64,000 nucleotides of DNA from an uncultured Gammaproteobacteria bacterium (lineage in GTDB: Bacteria; Patescibacteriota; Microgenomatia; Levybacterales; UBA12049). The stretch covers positions 916,668 through 980,667 of the forward strand of contig OZ246394.1 in the NCBI GenBank assembly GCA_965230895.1. Direction: 5' to 3'. Positions 50,475-59,619 of this stretch are shown here, one piece after another. Position 1 is the stretch's first letter. The number at the start of each line of letters is the position of its first letter. The notes under the pieces are model-generated. The model ran no database searches. It worked only from the letters and a program-made list of their open reading frames with translations, and was not told the origin of the DNA. A program made the translations under genes and the position numbers.

Positions 50475-50502
50475 ATTATATAAAGAAACTTTACTCTGTC
50501 AA
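50475..50502 (-). promoter_or_regulatory. Consensus sigma70 promoter for purS-guaB, leaderless spacing
   Basis: Minus strand: TTGACA (50497-50502), N16, TATAAT (50475-50480), N6, ATG (50468). Confidence 0.75.
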
Positions 50503-50674
50503 GATTATACTTCTTAGCTCATCAATTCCCTACCTAAATAAGAGGAACTGAAATTATTTGCAGCAAAAATATAATGTAACTGTATGAGTTTGTGTGTTAT
50601 ATTGACACCCAAACTAGCTTCATGATAGCTTTAATTAGGGCCTGTTTTTTACAGAATTCTTACTGCTTTCAAAA

Positions 50675-52510
50675 ATGATTAGATTAATTGGGGTGACCCA
50701 AAAAGACAAAAATATACTTCTCTATTACGCCTATACCAAGAATGGCAAAAATTTCTTCAAATGTGTAGCAAGTGATGATGGATTTGAATTTAACGGTGCT
50801 ACGAAATATGTCATAGTTACAGATGCAAAAGGCCGTGAAGAATCAAAATATGAATTTAAGAACTTTAATATAACACCTCAAGGTGAAAAGTTTGTGGTCG
50901 CATTCAAAGCAAATGAGAAAGCAAAAGATTTGACCTTTGCGATTTCTGACCAGCTACTCCGTTGGACAAAGGTTGCTAAGGAAGAATCCATTAAGGAAGC
51001 TGGTGCATTAGTTCCAGATTATAAGTACAAACATCGCCATGTACTGTACACCGGAGAGAAAAATATAAAGGTTGCTTACTCGTCTCAGCTTGAAAGCTGG
51101 AAGACTGTAGACAAGCCTGTCCTCGAAAGCCGAGCAGGCTTTTTTGATGATGGAGATCTGGAAATAGCGAAGGTATTTATGCACGCAGAACAGATCCTGG
51201 TAATTTACTATTCAAAGTCTAAGCAAGGCAATCATACAGTCCACAAAGTTGGAGCAGCGTACTTTGATCCAAAGAATCCAGAACATCTTCTTTGGAGATC
51301 AGACAAACCTCTTTGGGAACAACCTGTCCACAAACACGCAGATCCACTCCAACCACTTGATGTTGAAATGGCGAAAGAATACCTTATTCTTTATTGGTCA
51401 GTGAATGATTCAAATATCTATGCTGTGACTTGCCCACTTCCAGGTGGAAGCCTCCGGGATAAGGATGTCCAAATCCTTCTGAAGAAACCGCATCAAAATC
51501 CTATTTTAAAGCCTCGCCCTGATAGAGTTTGGGAATCACGTGCTGTATTTAATTCCGCTGCGCTTTATGAAGATGGCAAAGTCCATTTCCTTTATCGAGC
51601 ATTGGGAGATAGTGATCTCTCTGTTATTGGGTACGCTGCAAGTTCCGATGGATTGACAATTGATGAGCGATCAGAAGAACCAATTTATCTTCCACGTGAA
51701 CCATTTGAAACTCCTGGCGGACAAGCATTTAAATCCTTTGCAGATCATTTCGCATCAGGTGGTGGATATGGTGGCATTGAAGATCCTCGAGTTACAAAAG
51801 TTGATGATACAGTTTTTATGACATATGTCGCTTACGATGGGTGGACTCCGCCAAGAGCTGCTTTGACTTCAATACCACTCGAAGATTTCCTTGCAAAGAA
51901 TTGGGACAAATGGAAGAAACCAAAACTCATCTCACCTCCTGGTATGGTAAATAAAAGTGCAGTTATCTTTCCCGAAAAGATTAATGGGAAGTATGTAGTG
52001 ATTCATAGAGTCTATCCAAATATCTTGGTGGATGTTTTGGATGATTTAGACTTTGATGATAAATTCCTCACTGGACATCATTTTATTCCACCTCGAAAGG
52101 GACATTGGGATAGTAAAAAGATCGGAGCTGGCGCACCTCCAATGCTTACAAAAGATGGCTGGCTTCTGATCTATCAATCTGTTGGGTACCAGGATCCTGG
52201 ACGCTATAAGATTGGTGCGATGGTTCTCGATAAAGACGATCCAACGAAGGTACTCTATCGAACGAATAACCCGATCGTCTCTCCAGACATGCCGTATGAT
52301 AATGATGGATTTAAAGCTGGGGTAGTTTATCCTTGTGGTGCTGTCATCAAAGACGACAATCTCTTTGTATACTATGGAGGCGCAGATACAATTGTTGCAG
52401 CAGCTACAGCAAACGTGGACGACTTCCTCGATAAGATGAAAAACCATAAAGAACCAAAGATGAGAAAAGTCAAAGCGCCTGTGATACACTCACATCATGC
52501 GCATGCATAA
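50675..52510 (+). CDS. GH130-like glycosidase/phosphorylase with degenerate N-terminal propeller
   Basis: C-terminal NPIL, VFNSAA, EDPRV, KIGAGAPP and VVYPCG...YYGGAD motifs. The N-terminal half resembles the fold but lacks EDPR. Confidence 0.85.
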   Translation: MIRLIGVTQKDKNILLYYAYTKNGKNFFKCVASDDGFEFNGATKYVIVTDAKGREESKYEFKNFNITPQGEKFVVAFKANEKAKDLTFAISDQLLRWTKVAKEESIKEAGALVPDYKYKHRHVLYTGEKNIKVAYSSQLESWKTVDKPVLESRAGFFDDGDLEIAKVFMHAEQILVIYYSKSKQGNHTVHKVGAAYFDPKNPEHLLWRSDKPLWEQPVHKHADPLQPLDVEMAKEYLILYWSVNDSNIYAVTCPLPGGSLRDKDVQILLKKPHQNPILKPRPDRVWESRAVFNSAALYEDGKVHFLYRALGDSDLSVIGYAASSDGLTIDERSEEPIYLPREPFETPGGQAFKSFADHFASGGGYGGIEDPRVTKVDDTVFMTYVAYDGWTPPRAALTSIPLEDFLAKNWDKWKKPKLISPPGMVNKSAVIFPEKINGKYVVIHRVYPNILVDVLDDLDFDDKFLTGHHFIPPRKGHWDSKKIGAGAPPMLTKDGWLLIYQSVGYQDPGRYKIGAMVLDKDDPTKVLYRTNNPIVSPDMPYDNDGFKAGVVYPCGAVIKDDNLFVYYGGADTIVAAATANVDDFLDKMKNHKEPKMRKVKAPVIHSHHAHA

Positions 52511-52537
52511 ATGTAGGAAATCAGGTACACTATTATC

Positions 52538-54490
52538 ATGATAAAGCTACAACGTTCTACTAATAATCCTATCCTCAGTCCTGATCCAAATAATCCTTGG
52601 GAACATGATGGAGCGTTCAATGGATGTGTTGTTTTCCATGATGGCGTCTACCATATGGTATATCGTGCTCTTTCTTCAGAAAAAAGACAGAATGGTATCA
52701 GCATGCGTGTCTCCACTGTTGGGTATGCCACAAGCACAGATGGTGTGACCTTTGGTGAGCATCGGCTCCTTTTTGAGCCAACAGAAGATTGGGAAATTTA
52801 CGGTGTTGAAGATCCAAGAATTACCTTCCATAATGGCAAATTCTATATTTTCTATACAGCACTTTCTGTCTATCCATTTGCTGCATATGGTATTAAAACT
52901 GCGGTTGCGATAACGACTGACTTTAAAACTTTTGAAAAGCATCCAGTCAGCACATTCAATGCAAAGGCTCAGGCGCTTTTTCCTGAAAAGATTAATGGCA
53001 AATTCGCTTCTCTGATAACCATTAATACAGATATGCCACCAGCAAAGATTTGTGTAGCAACATTTGATCATGAATCAGATATTTGGTCACCGTATTATTG
53101 GACAGAATGGTATGACAACGTAAACCAACACGCACTTCATTTACTCAGAGATTTACAGGACCAGATAGAACTTGGTGCACCACCTGTCAAAACTCCAGAC
53201 GGATGGTTTGTCATTTATTCATATATTGGGAATTATCTTTCAAATAATAAGAACTTCGGAATTGAAGCGGTTCTTCTAGACCTCGATGATCCAAGAAAAG
53301 TTATTGCAAGAACTGAACATTCACTACTTGATCCTGAAGCAGAATATGAGTTGCATGGAGATGTCCCAAATATCGTTTTTCCTTCAGGCGCTTTAGTAAA
53401 AGATGATGAGCTATTTGTCTATTATGGTGCTGCTGATACTCGAGTCGGTCTCGCATCTGCAAAACTTTCAGACATCATTGCAGAGATGAAACCAGCAGAT
53501 TCAGCAAAGAACCTATCGTTGTATGCAGAAGAAAAGCACGCGAATGCTTCCAAGACGAAATTTCAAAGATATGAAGGAAATCCGATTATTGTTCCTGCAC
53601 TAGAATCTGATTGGCAGGCATTTGGAACATTTAATCCGGCTGTCGTCTATGAAGATAATAAATTCCATATTGTCTATCGTGCTCAAGCAGTTAATGGAAC
53701 TTCTGTCATGGGGTATGCAATGAGTAAAGATGGCTTTACTATCGATGAAAATTTAGAAGAGCCGATTTACTTTCCCCGTGAAGCATTTGAGCAAAAAATT
53801 CATGAGACCGGGAATTCAGGCTGCGAAGACCCTCGAGTAACTAAAATTGATGATCGCTATTATATGCTCTACACAGCTTATGATGGTGTTCATCCACCAA
53901 GAGTTGCGATGTCTTCGATTGCTGTGGATGACTTTTTAAAAAAGCAATGGAATTGGTCACCTGCACAACTTATTTCACCACCGGAGGTCGACGATAAAGA
54001 TGCATGTATCGTCAAGGGCAAAGCAGCAGGAACGTATTTGGCGTTCCACCGATTAGGTTATGATATATGGCTGGATATTAGAAAGGATCTTGTTTTTAAT
54101 GAATCTGATTGGCTCAAAGGAGAAGTCATTGCGCATCCTCGAGCTGATCATTGGGATAATGTAAAACTTGGTATCAGCGCTCCACCAATCGAAACAGAGA
54201 AAGGCTGGCTCCTTCTTTATCATGGCGTGTCAGAACCAGGAAACGTTTATAAAGTTGGTGCTATGCTTTTAGATTTCGACGATCCTAGAAAAGTTCTAGC
54301 AAGGACCGATGATCCTGTATTTGAGCCGGAAACAGAATACGAGAAAGTTGGGGTTGTACCAAATGTCGTTTTCCCTTGCGGAGCTGTGAATGTAAATGGA
54401 ACTATATTTATGTATTATGGGGGCGCTGATAAAGTAATTGGTGTTGCGACAATGAAACTTGATGATCTAATGAAACTTCTTAAATATTAA
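52538..54490 (+). CDS. Tandem double GH130-like glycosidase/phosphorylase
   Basis: Two complete repeats, each with NPI, FN, EDPR, APP and PNxVFP..YYG.AD. Confidence 0.9.
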   Translation: MIKLQRSTNNPILSPDPNNPWEHDGAFNGCVVFHDGVYHMVYRALSSEKRQNGISMRVSTVGYATSTDGVTFGEHRLLFEPTEDWEIYGVEDPRITFHNGKFYIFYTALSVYPFAAYGIKTAVAITTDFKTFEKHPVSTFNAKAQALFPEKINGKFASLITINTDMPPAKICVATFDHESDIWSPYYWTEWYDNVNQHALHLLRDLQDQIELGAPPVKTPDGWFVIYSYIGNYLSNNKNFGIEAVLLDLDDPRKVIARTEHSLLDPEAEYELHGDVPNIVFPSGALVKDDELFVYYGAADTRVGLASAKLSDIIAEMKPADSAKNLSLYAEEKHANASKTKFQRYEGNPIIVPALESDWQAFGTFNPAVVYEDNKFHIVYRAQAVNGTSVMGYAMSKDGFTIDENLEEPIYFPREAFEQKIHETGNSGCEDPRVTKIDDRYYMLYTAYDGVHPPRVAMSSIAVDDFLKKQWNWSPAQLISPPEVDDKDACIVKGKAAGTYLAFHRLGYDIWLDIRKDLVFNESDWLKGEVIAHPRADHWDNVKLGISAPPIETEKGWLLLYHGVSEPGNVYKVGAMLLDFDDPRKVLARTDDPVFEPETEYEKVGVVPNVVFPCGAVNVNGTIFMYYGGADKVIGVATMKLDDLMKLLKY

Positions 54491-56154
54491 CCTCCGTAGT
54501 GTTCATATGAGTTATTAATAACAGGTAAATACGCCTTTTCGAAATAATCCCGAAGCATCCTTGTTGCGCTAAATTGGTTAAGGATCAAATCTCTCCCATC
54601 CCGTTGCATTGTTTGCCACTTTGATTTATCTTGATCGTAATAAGCAGGAACGACTTGTCTTTCCAATGTATCCAAAAGACTTGTTTGGATTGTTTCGCTA
54701 TCGAAAGACCAACCAATTTTATTGATATCTATTTCATCCATCCATCCGTCTTTCGTACTCAATGGTAAAACGCCATTAAGACTCGCTTTCATACCACTTG
54801 TCCCACACGCTTCCGAACCAACGACTGGAGTATTAAGCCAAACATCAGCACCACTAATCATCAATTTCGCTAACGTCTTATTATAATCAGCAAGATAGAC
54901 GACATTGCCTGCCAAACGATTCTGTAGTAATTGCTGCAATTGATTTATTAAATCACGTCCTTCATCATCAGCTTGATGAGAGATACCTGCCATAACAACC
55001 CGGACAGGCCGATCAGCATTTGTTGCCAAAGCGACAAATCGTTCGAGATCACTGAACAACGCCAACGGCCGTTTGTAACGGACCATCCTTCTCGCCCACC
55101 CAAGGAGCAACTCATTCTCTCCCCATTGCTGCCCAGTTTCTTTAGCAATATATGATAATAGTGCTTTTTTACTGGTATCATGATATGCCATGCTTTCCCA
55201 ACTTGGCGTATGGATACCATTCGTTACTGGCTCCCAAACAAAATCCGGCCATAGCTTATTTGCTTCTTTCACATGTAATTTACTCACACCATTGATCTTT
55301 CCAGCCAATCGCATCGCAAAAACTGCAAGATAAAAATCATGCGAATCTTTAATCGTTCCTAAATCGGAAATCTTTGTCACAGGAATTTCAAGTTGGCTTG
55401 CATACTTACTGAGCATCATATGGAGTAATTCATTACTGAAGATATCATTTCCCGCTGGAACCAAAGTATGATTGGTGAAGACAACATGATGTGAAGCTAA
55501 TTTTGATGCTTCGTCAAATGATATTTTTCTTTTCTGTATCTCATGACGGATAATTTCAAGAACAAGAAGCGCTGAATGCCCTTCATTCATGTGATAAAGG
55601 GACGGTTGTACGCCAAGCAATTCGAGCAATCGAAACCCTCCAATACCCAGAATGATTTCTTGTTTCAGACGAACCTGCTTATCTGAATCATAGAGTTTAA
55701 ACCCAATTGCTCGATCCTCAGGAGAATTTTCAGGGACATTCGTATCGAGAAGATATAATGGAATTGAATGATGCTGCCATATCCAACTTTTTACTAACAC
55801 TTCATGGTCCCCTACTGGAACAGAGATAATTAAAGGCTTTTGATTTTTATCCAAAACTGGCTTCAAACCTTGATTCTCAGGAGTTGGCAGGATGTGCTCA
55901 TTGTCCTTGTCATGATGCGGATCAAATCCATATCGACTCTGATAGTAAAGACCAACCGAAACAGCCGGGATATGACGATCTGCCAATTCTTTTATAAAAT
56001 CACCTGCAAGGATACCAAGCCCACCTGCATAGGTTGGAATCTTATCTGAGAGTGCGTATTCAATACTAAAATAGGCTAATGGTTTTTTCTGAAGAAGCTG
56101 ATAAGGTTTGGTCTTACGAAAATCCTCGAACCAAGCTGCATGTTCATTTGCCAT
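54487..56154 (-). CDS. glgP: Alpha-glucan (glycogen) phosphorylase, short form
   Basis: YAGGLGILAGD, HMNEGH, FTNHT, NGVSKLH, TNGIH and EACGTSGMK motifs. Confidence 0.93.
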   Translation of the reverse strand: MANEHAAWFEDFRKTKPYQLLQKKPLAYFSIEYALSDKIPTYAGGLGILAGDFIKELADRHIPAVSVGLYYQSRYGFDPHHDKDNEHILPTPENQGLKPVLDKNQKPLIISVPVGDHEVLVKSWIWQHHSIPLYLLDTNVPENSPEDRAIGFKLYDSDKQVRLKQEIILGIGGFRLLELLGVQPSLYHMNEGHSALLVLEIIRHEIQKRKISFDEASKLASHHVVFTNHTLVPAGNDIFSNELLHMMLSKYASQLEIPVTKISDLGTIKDSHDFYLAVFAMRLAGKINGVSKLHVKEANKLWPDFVWEPVTNGIHTPSWESMAYHDTSKKALLSYIAKETGQQWGENELLLGWARRMVRYKRPLALFSDLERFVALATNADRPVRVVMAGISHQADDEGRDLINQLQQLLQNRLAGNVVYLADYNKTLAKLMISGADVWLNTPVVGSEACGTSGMKASLNGVLPLSTKDGWMDEIDINKIGWSFDSETIQTSLLDTLERQVVPAYYDQDKSKWQTMQRDGRDLILNQFSATRMLRDYFEKAYLPVINNSYEHYGG

Positions 56155-56163
56155 TCCTCTATT

Positions 56164-57702
56164 TTAAGCTAATTGTCTCGGAGATGCTACTGTTGCGGTA
56201 ATTTCTTTTCTTTTTGCGGCGACCCTTTTATACCAACTATCATACTGTGTGGCAGCATGACTCCATGAGAAGTCGCTTTCAAGACAATTCTTCACAAGCA
56301 ATTTCCATAGTTTTGGATGATTATAAATAATAAGCGCCTGCATGATCGTACCGTACAATGACCACGCATCTTTATTTTTGAACGAGAAGCCATTTCCTTC
56401 TTTCGTTGCTGGATTATAATCGGTAATGATATCACTTAATCCACCAGTTCTTCTGATGAGAGGGACACATCCGTATCGCAATGCTTCAAGAGCAATAATA
56501 CCACCCGGTTCAAAAAGACTTGGAATTAGCATCATATCTGCTCCAGCAAAGATCTTTTTAGGCAGGCGGAAATCAGGACGCAAATGAAGTCCAACTTGCT
56601 CAGGAAATGTCTTCTGCAGCACGGTCAGCTCAAGTCGATAGCGTTCTTCGCCACTTCCAAGAAATACGATTTGGACATCAGGACGCTCGCTCAATAAATG
56701 AGGTAATGCTTCCAGAACAATATCTAATCCTTTCTGCTTAACCATTCTTCCACTAAGAGCTAATAATGGCCGGTGAACATCTGGTGTAAGCCCAAAAAGC
56801 TTTTGGAGTTCTCTTTTATTCTCTTCTCTAGCATGTACAAAAGAATTTGTATTGAAATTCTTTTTGATAAACTTATCTGTATGGGGATTAAATTTTTCTG
56901 TGTCCAAACCATTAAGAATACCGGTAACTCTATCTTTGACTGATTGCAGCACTTCATCCAATCCTTCTGCATATTCAGGAGTCATTACTTCAACTGCATG
57001 CGTTGGACTAACAGTATTGATAGCATCAGCAAAAAGCAAACCTCGTTTCAATGGATTCTGTAATTGTAAAGATGGCGCTGTCAAAGGAGCTGGCAAAATC
57101 TCTCCACTATCAAATTCTTCTTTCGGACAATAGCGAAAGTCATAGTTTCCTTGTAACGAAAAATTATGCACCGTAAATACTATTGGAGTCTTGCGAAAAA
57201 GCTCTTTGTAGCGTGGGTGTCTACGCGCTAAATCAATAAAATACCCAGTATGCCAATCATGTGCATGTATAACATCTGGTTTCCACTCATTATGATTAGT
57301 TTGATTTTGTAACATCCACTCAAGACAGGCTTTAGAAAGTAATGCAAAGCGTGTGTGATCGTCTTTGTATCCATAGACATTTGCGCGAAGTTCATAGTAT
57401 TCTCTATTCTCTAAGAAATATGCTTGAATTTTTGAGCCCTTATCCCGATAGGATTTTACATTACAGATAATCGATTTATTTTCCTGATCGTTGTCATCAG
57501 GAACGATTAAATCAGGATACTCCATTTGTAATTTCCAGTTTCCTTCAATTGTGGTTTCATCCATTGCCCCATATTTAGGAGTAAAAATACGGACATCATG
57601 CCCGAGCTTACGGAGTTCTTTTGGGAGAAAATACATGAACTGACTCAAACCACCAACTGAAACAAATGGAGCAACTTCAGCAGCAAGAAAGAGAATATTC
57701 AT
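56164..57702 (-). CDS. glgA: Glycogen/starch synthase (GT5)
   Basis: EVAPFVSVGGL, HAHDWH, TVHN, NTVSP, GILNG, PSLFEPGG and RRTGGL motifs. Confidence 0.92.
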   Translation of the reverse strand: MNILFLAAEVAPFVSVGGLSQFMYFLPKELRKLGHDVRIFTPKYGAMDETTIEGNWKLQMEYPDLIVPDDNDQENKSIICNVKSYRDKGSKIQAYFLENREYYELRANVYGYKDDHTRFALLSKACLEWMLQNQTNHNEWKPDVIHAHDWHTGYFIDLARRHPRYKELFRKTPIVFTVHNFSLQGNYDFRYCPKEEFDSGEILPAPLTAPSLQLQNPLKRGLLFADAINTVSPTHAVEVMTPEYAEGLDEVLQSVKDRVTGILNGLDTEKFNPHTDKFIKKNFNTNSFVHAREENKRELQKLFGLTPDVHRPLLALSGRMVKQKGLDIVLEALPHLLSERPDVQIVFLGSGEERYRLELTVLQKTFPEQVGLHLRPDFRLPKKIFAGADMMLIPSLFEPGGIIALEALRYGCVPLIRRTGGLSDIITDYNPATKEGNGFSFKNKDAWSLYGTIMQALIIYNHPKLWKLLVKNCLESDFSWSHAATQYDSWYKRVAAKRKEITATVASPRQLA

Positions 57703-57772
57703 GCCTATATGATATCAAAAAATGTAGAACAAAGCGAGGAGCAGACTGACCAGACAATCTAAACGGAGTATT

Positions 57773-58339
57773 TTAAAGCGGCTTCTTCTTGAGTTTTAGT
57801 ACATAGCCTAAATATGTTCCTGCTGGATGAATAATAATCCACATAAAAAGAATTAAAATGTACTGATACCATTCCAATGGAACATAAAACCATGTAAATA
57901 AAATTCCACCAAGAATAAAATCTATTTGATCGAATGGGACCCAACTTCTTCCAGGTTGAATATTTTGTCGTCGTTTAAAGAAACTCTTCACTGCATCTCC
58001 CGCTAATGCACCAAAACCTAGCAAAAATCCTAAAAGAATTGGATCTACTTCATTATAATTTATAGGAAGTATACTTCTCTGCCACTCTATATTGTTATAG
58101 AAAAAGATCTGTAGATAAACTCCTATGATTGCAACGAGTGTTCCAAATATAAAACCGCGAATTGTCTTATGACTTCCAAGAATCCTTTTCCCCTGGAACT
58201 TTAAGCCAAAATCTACAGGATAATTATATGGTTTCAAAAAGAAAATTTTCCCAGAACCAAATGCCACGACGTTTGCGAGTCCTGCGGGTCCAAAAAACCA
58301 AAATGCAAAGAAGATTTCTTTAAGAAGATGCTCAACCAT
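57773..58339 (-). CDS. carS: CDP-archaeol synthase-like (CarS/DUF46 family) membrane cytidylyltransferase
   Basis: PAGLAN, PVDFG...GKRILGSHKTIRG, GALAGDAVKSFFKRR...PG..W.PFDQIDF and GY.LKLKK.P, matching CarS-family signatures. Confidence 0.88.
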   Translation of the reverse strand: MVEHLLKEIFFAFWFFGPAGLANVVAFGSGKIFFLKPYNYPVDFGLKFQGKRILGSHKTIRGFIFGTLVAIIGVYLQIFFYNNIEWQRSILPINYNEVDPILLGFLLGFGALAGDAVKSFFKRRQNIQPGRSWVPFDQIDFILGGILFTWFYVPLEWYQYILILFMWIIIHPAGTYLGYVLKLKKKPL

Positions 58340-59000
58340 TTGTTAATATTATCTTATTTTTAATACGATTTACCAATGGGCAAAGTAATGTATAAATTGG
58401 CGCTCTTTTCCGAGACAATTCTGGATTTACCAAGAGATGTTTGAGAGATCTTCGTGTAGGCATTTCTGAAACCATACTAAATGTTTTTCCCATCCCCATA
58501 ATGCAATGAGAATCACTACTTGCTGCTTGTGATTTTTGATAGAGATTTGCGAATGCGAGAGCCTCCATAGGTTTTCCGCGGACTTGCCCACGGCCATTAA
58601 AGACTTCAACAATATCAATATCATCTTTAATTTTATCCAAACTTGATTGCTGTAATCCTTTTCTGAAAATCTCGTATGGATGAGGTATATAAACAAGCGC
58701 ATCCTGTTGTTTTATTCGATTAACTGTTTCGACAGCATCAAGTCCAGCAGGAATTGTTTCTTTGAGGAAAAGCCCGATGATCTCACCTTCACTTGTTGTT
58801 ATTTCCTCACCAATGATAATTTTATCCCCATGTTTTTGCTGCATTATCCTCGCAAAACTCGTTTCGTTATGGTCTGTGATCGCAATACAATCAAGCCGTT
58901 CTGTCTCCAGTAAGCGCTCATATTCCTCAGCCGTAATACCACCATCATGTGATATGATTGAATGTGAATGCAGGTCAACTTTATAATGCGTTTTATCCAT
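58332..59000 (-). CDS. PHP-domain metal-dependent phosphoesterase
   Basis: DLHSHS, AITDHN, GEEITT, PHPY, EVFNGR and SDSH motifs. Start placed at the ATG at 59000. ATG/TGA overlap with carS. Confidence 0.9.
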   Translation of the reverse strand: MDKTHYKVDLHSHSIISHDGGITAEEYERLLETERLDCIAITDHNETSFARIMQQKHGDKIIIGEEITTSEGEIIGLFLKETIPAGLDAVETVNRIKQQDALVYIPHPYEIFRKGLQQSSLDKIKDDIDIVEVFNGRGQVRGKPMEALAFANLYQKSQAASSDSHCIMGMGKTFSMVSEMPTRRSLKHLLVNPELSRKRAPIYTLLCPLVNRIKNKIILTNG

Positions 59001-59586
59001 GTTAAGTAAAAGCAAACAATCAGTAGAGAAAGTTTTGGAGCCAATAGTCAAACCTTTGTCTAAGGTAAATCCGAACGTGCTGACTCTCTTAGGTAGTATA
59101 CCACCTCTTCTTTTCTTTGTCGCTATCATCAATCACATCTATTGGCTAGCAATTCTTGCTTTTATAGGCAATCTTTTTGATCTTATCGACGGGATGGTAG
59201 CAAGGAAATATAAAAAAGTAACAGCTTTTGGAGGATTTCTTGATTCAACACTTGATCGGGTCGGAGATTTCTTAATAATTACTTCATTCTCTTTTGCAGG
59301 AATTGTCCGATGGGAGTTAACAATACCATTATTACTTTTTGCCTTCTTGACTAGTTATATCCGAAGCCGAGGAGAGTTGGCAAAACCGTCAGTAAGTTTT
59401 GCAGTTGGAATTGTTGAAAGAACAGAGCGGCTCATTGTTGTGGTCCTTGCTCTCGTTTTGCACATGTTTTTTCCAAACTATTCTTTCGCAGGATTTAATG
59501 TGATGGAGGTCAGTTTCTTATTCTTAGGAATTTTATCTTTCTATACAGTTTTACAACGCGTTGCCCATGCGCATAAAAATCTTTAA
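58999..59586 (+). CDS. CDP-alcohol phosphatidyltransferase, PIP/archaetidylinositol-phosphate synthase-like
   Basis: PNVLT, DxxDGxxAR...GxxLDxxxD (DLIDGMVAR...FGGFLDSTLDR), SYIRSRGE and VGIVERTER, as in inositol-phosphate-using members. Confidence 0.88.
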   Translation: MLSKSKQSVEKVLEPIVKPLSKVNPNVLTLLGSIPPLLFFVAIINHIYWLAILAFIGNLFDLIDGMVARKYKKVTAFGGFLDSTLDRVGDFLIITSFSFAGIVRWELTIPLLLFAFLTSYIRSRGELAKPSVSFAVGIVERTERLIVVVLALVLHMFFPNYSFAGFNVMEVSFLFLGILSFYTVLQRVAHAHKNL

Positions 59587-59619
59587 TAAATCGTTCCTTC
59601 ACGCCTATTGAAGTCCTGA

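Noticed and set aside
50469-50674. Purine or ZTP riboswitch upstream of purS-guaB
   Set aside because: The promoter -10 is 6 nt from the ATG, leaving no leader, and no aptamer pattern was seen.
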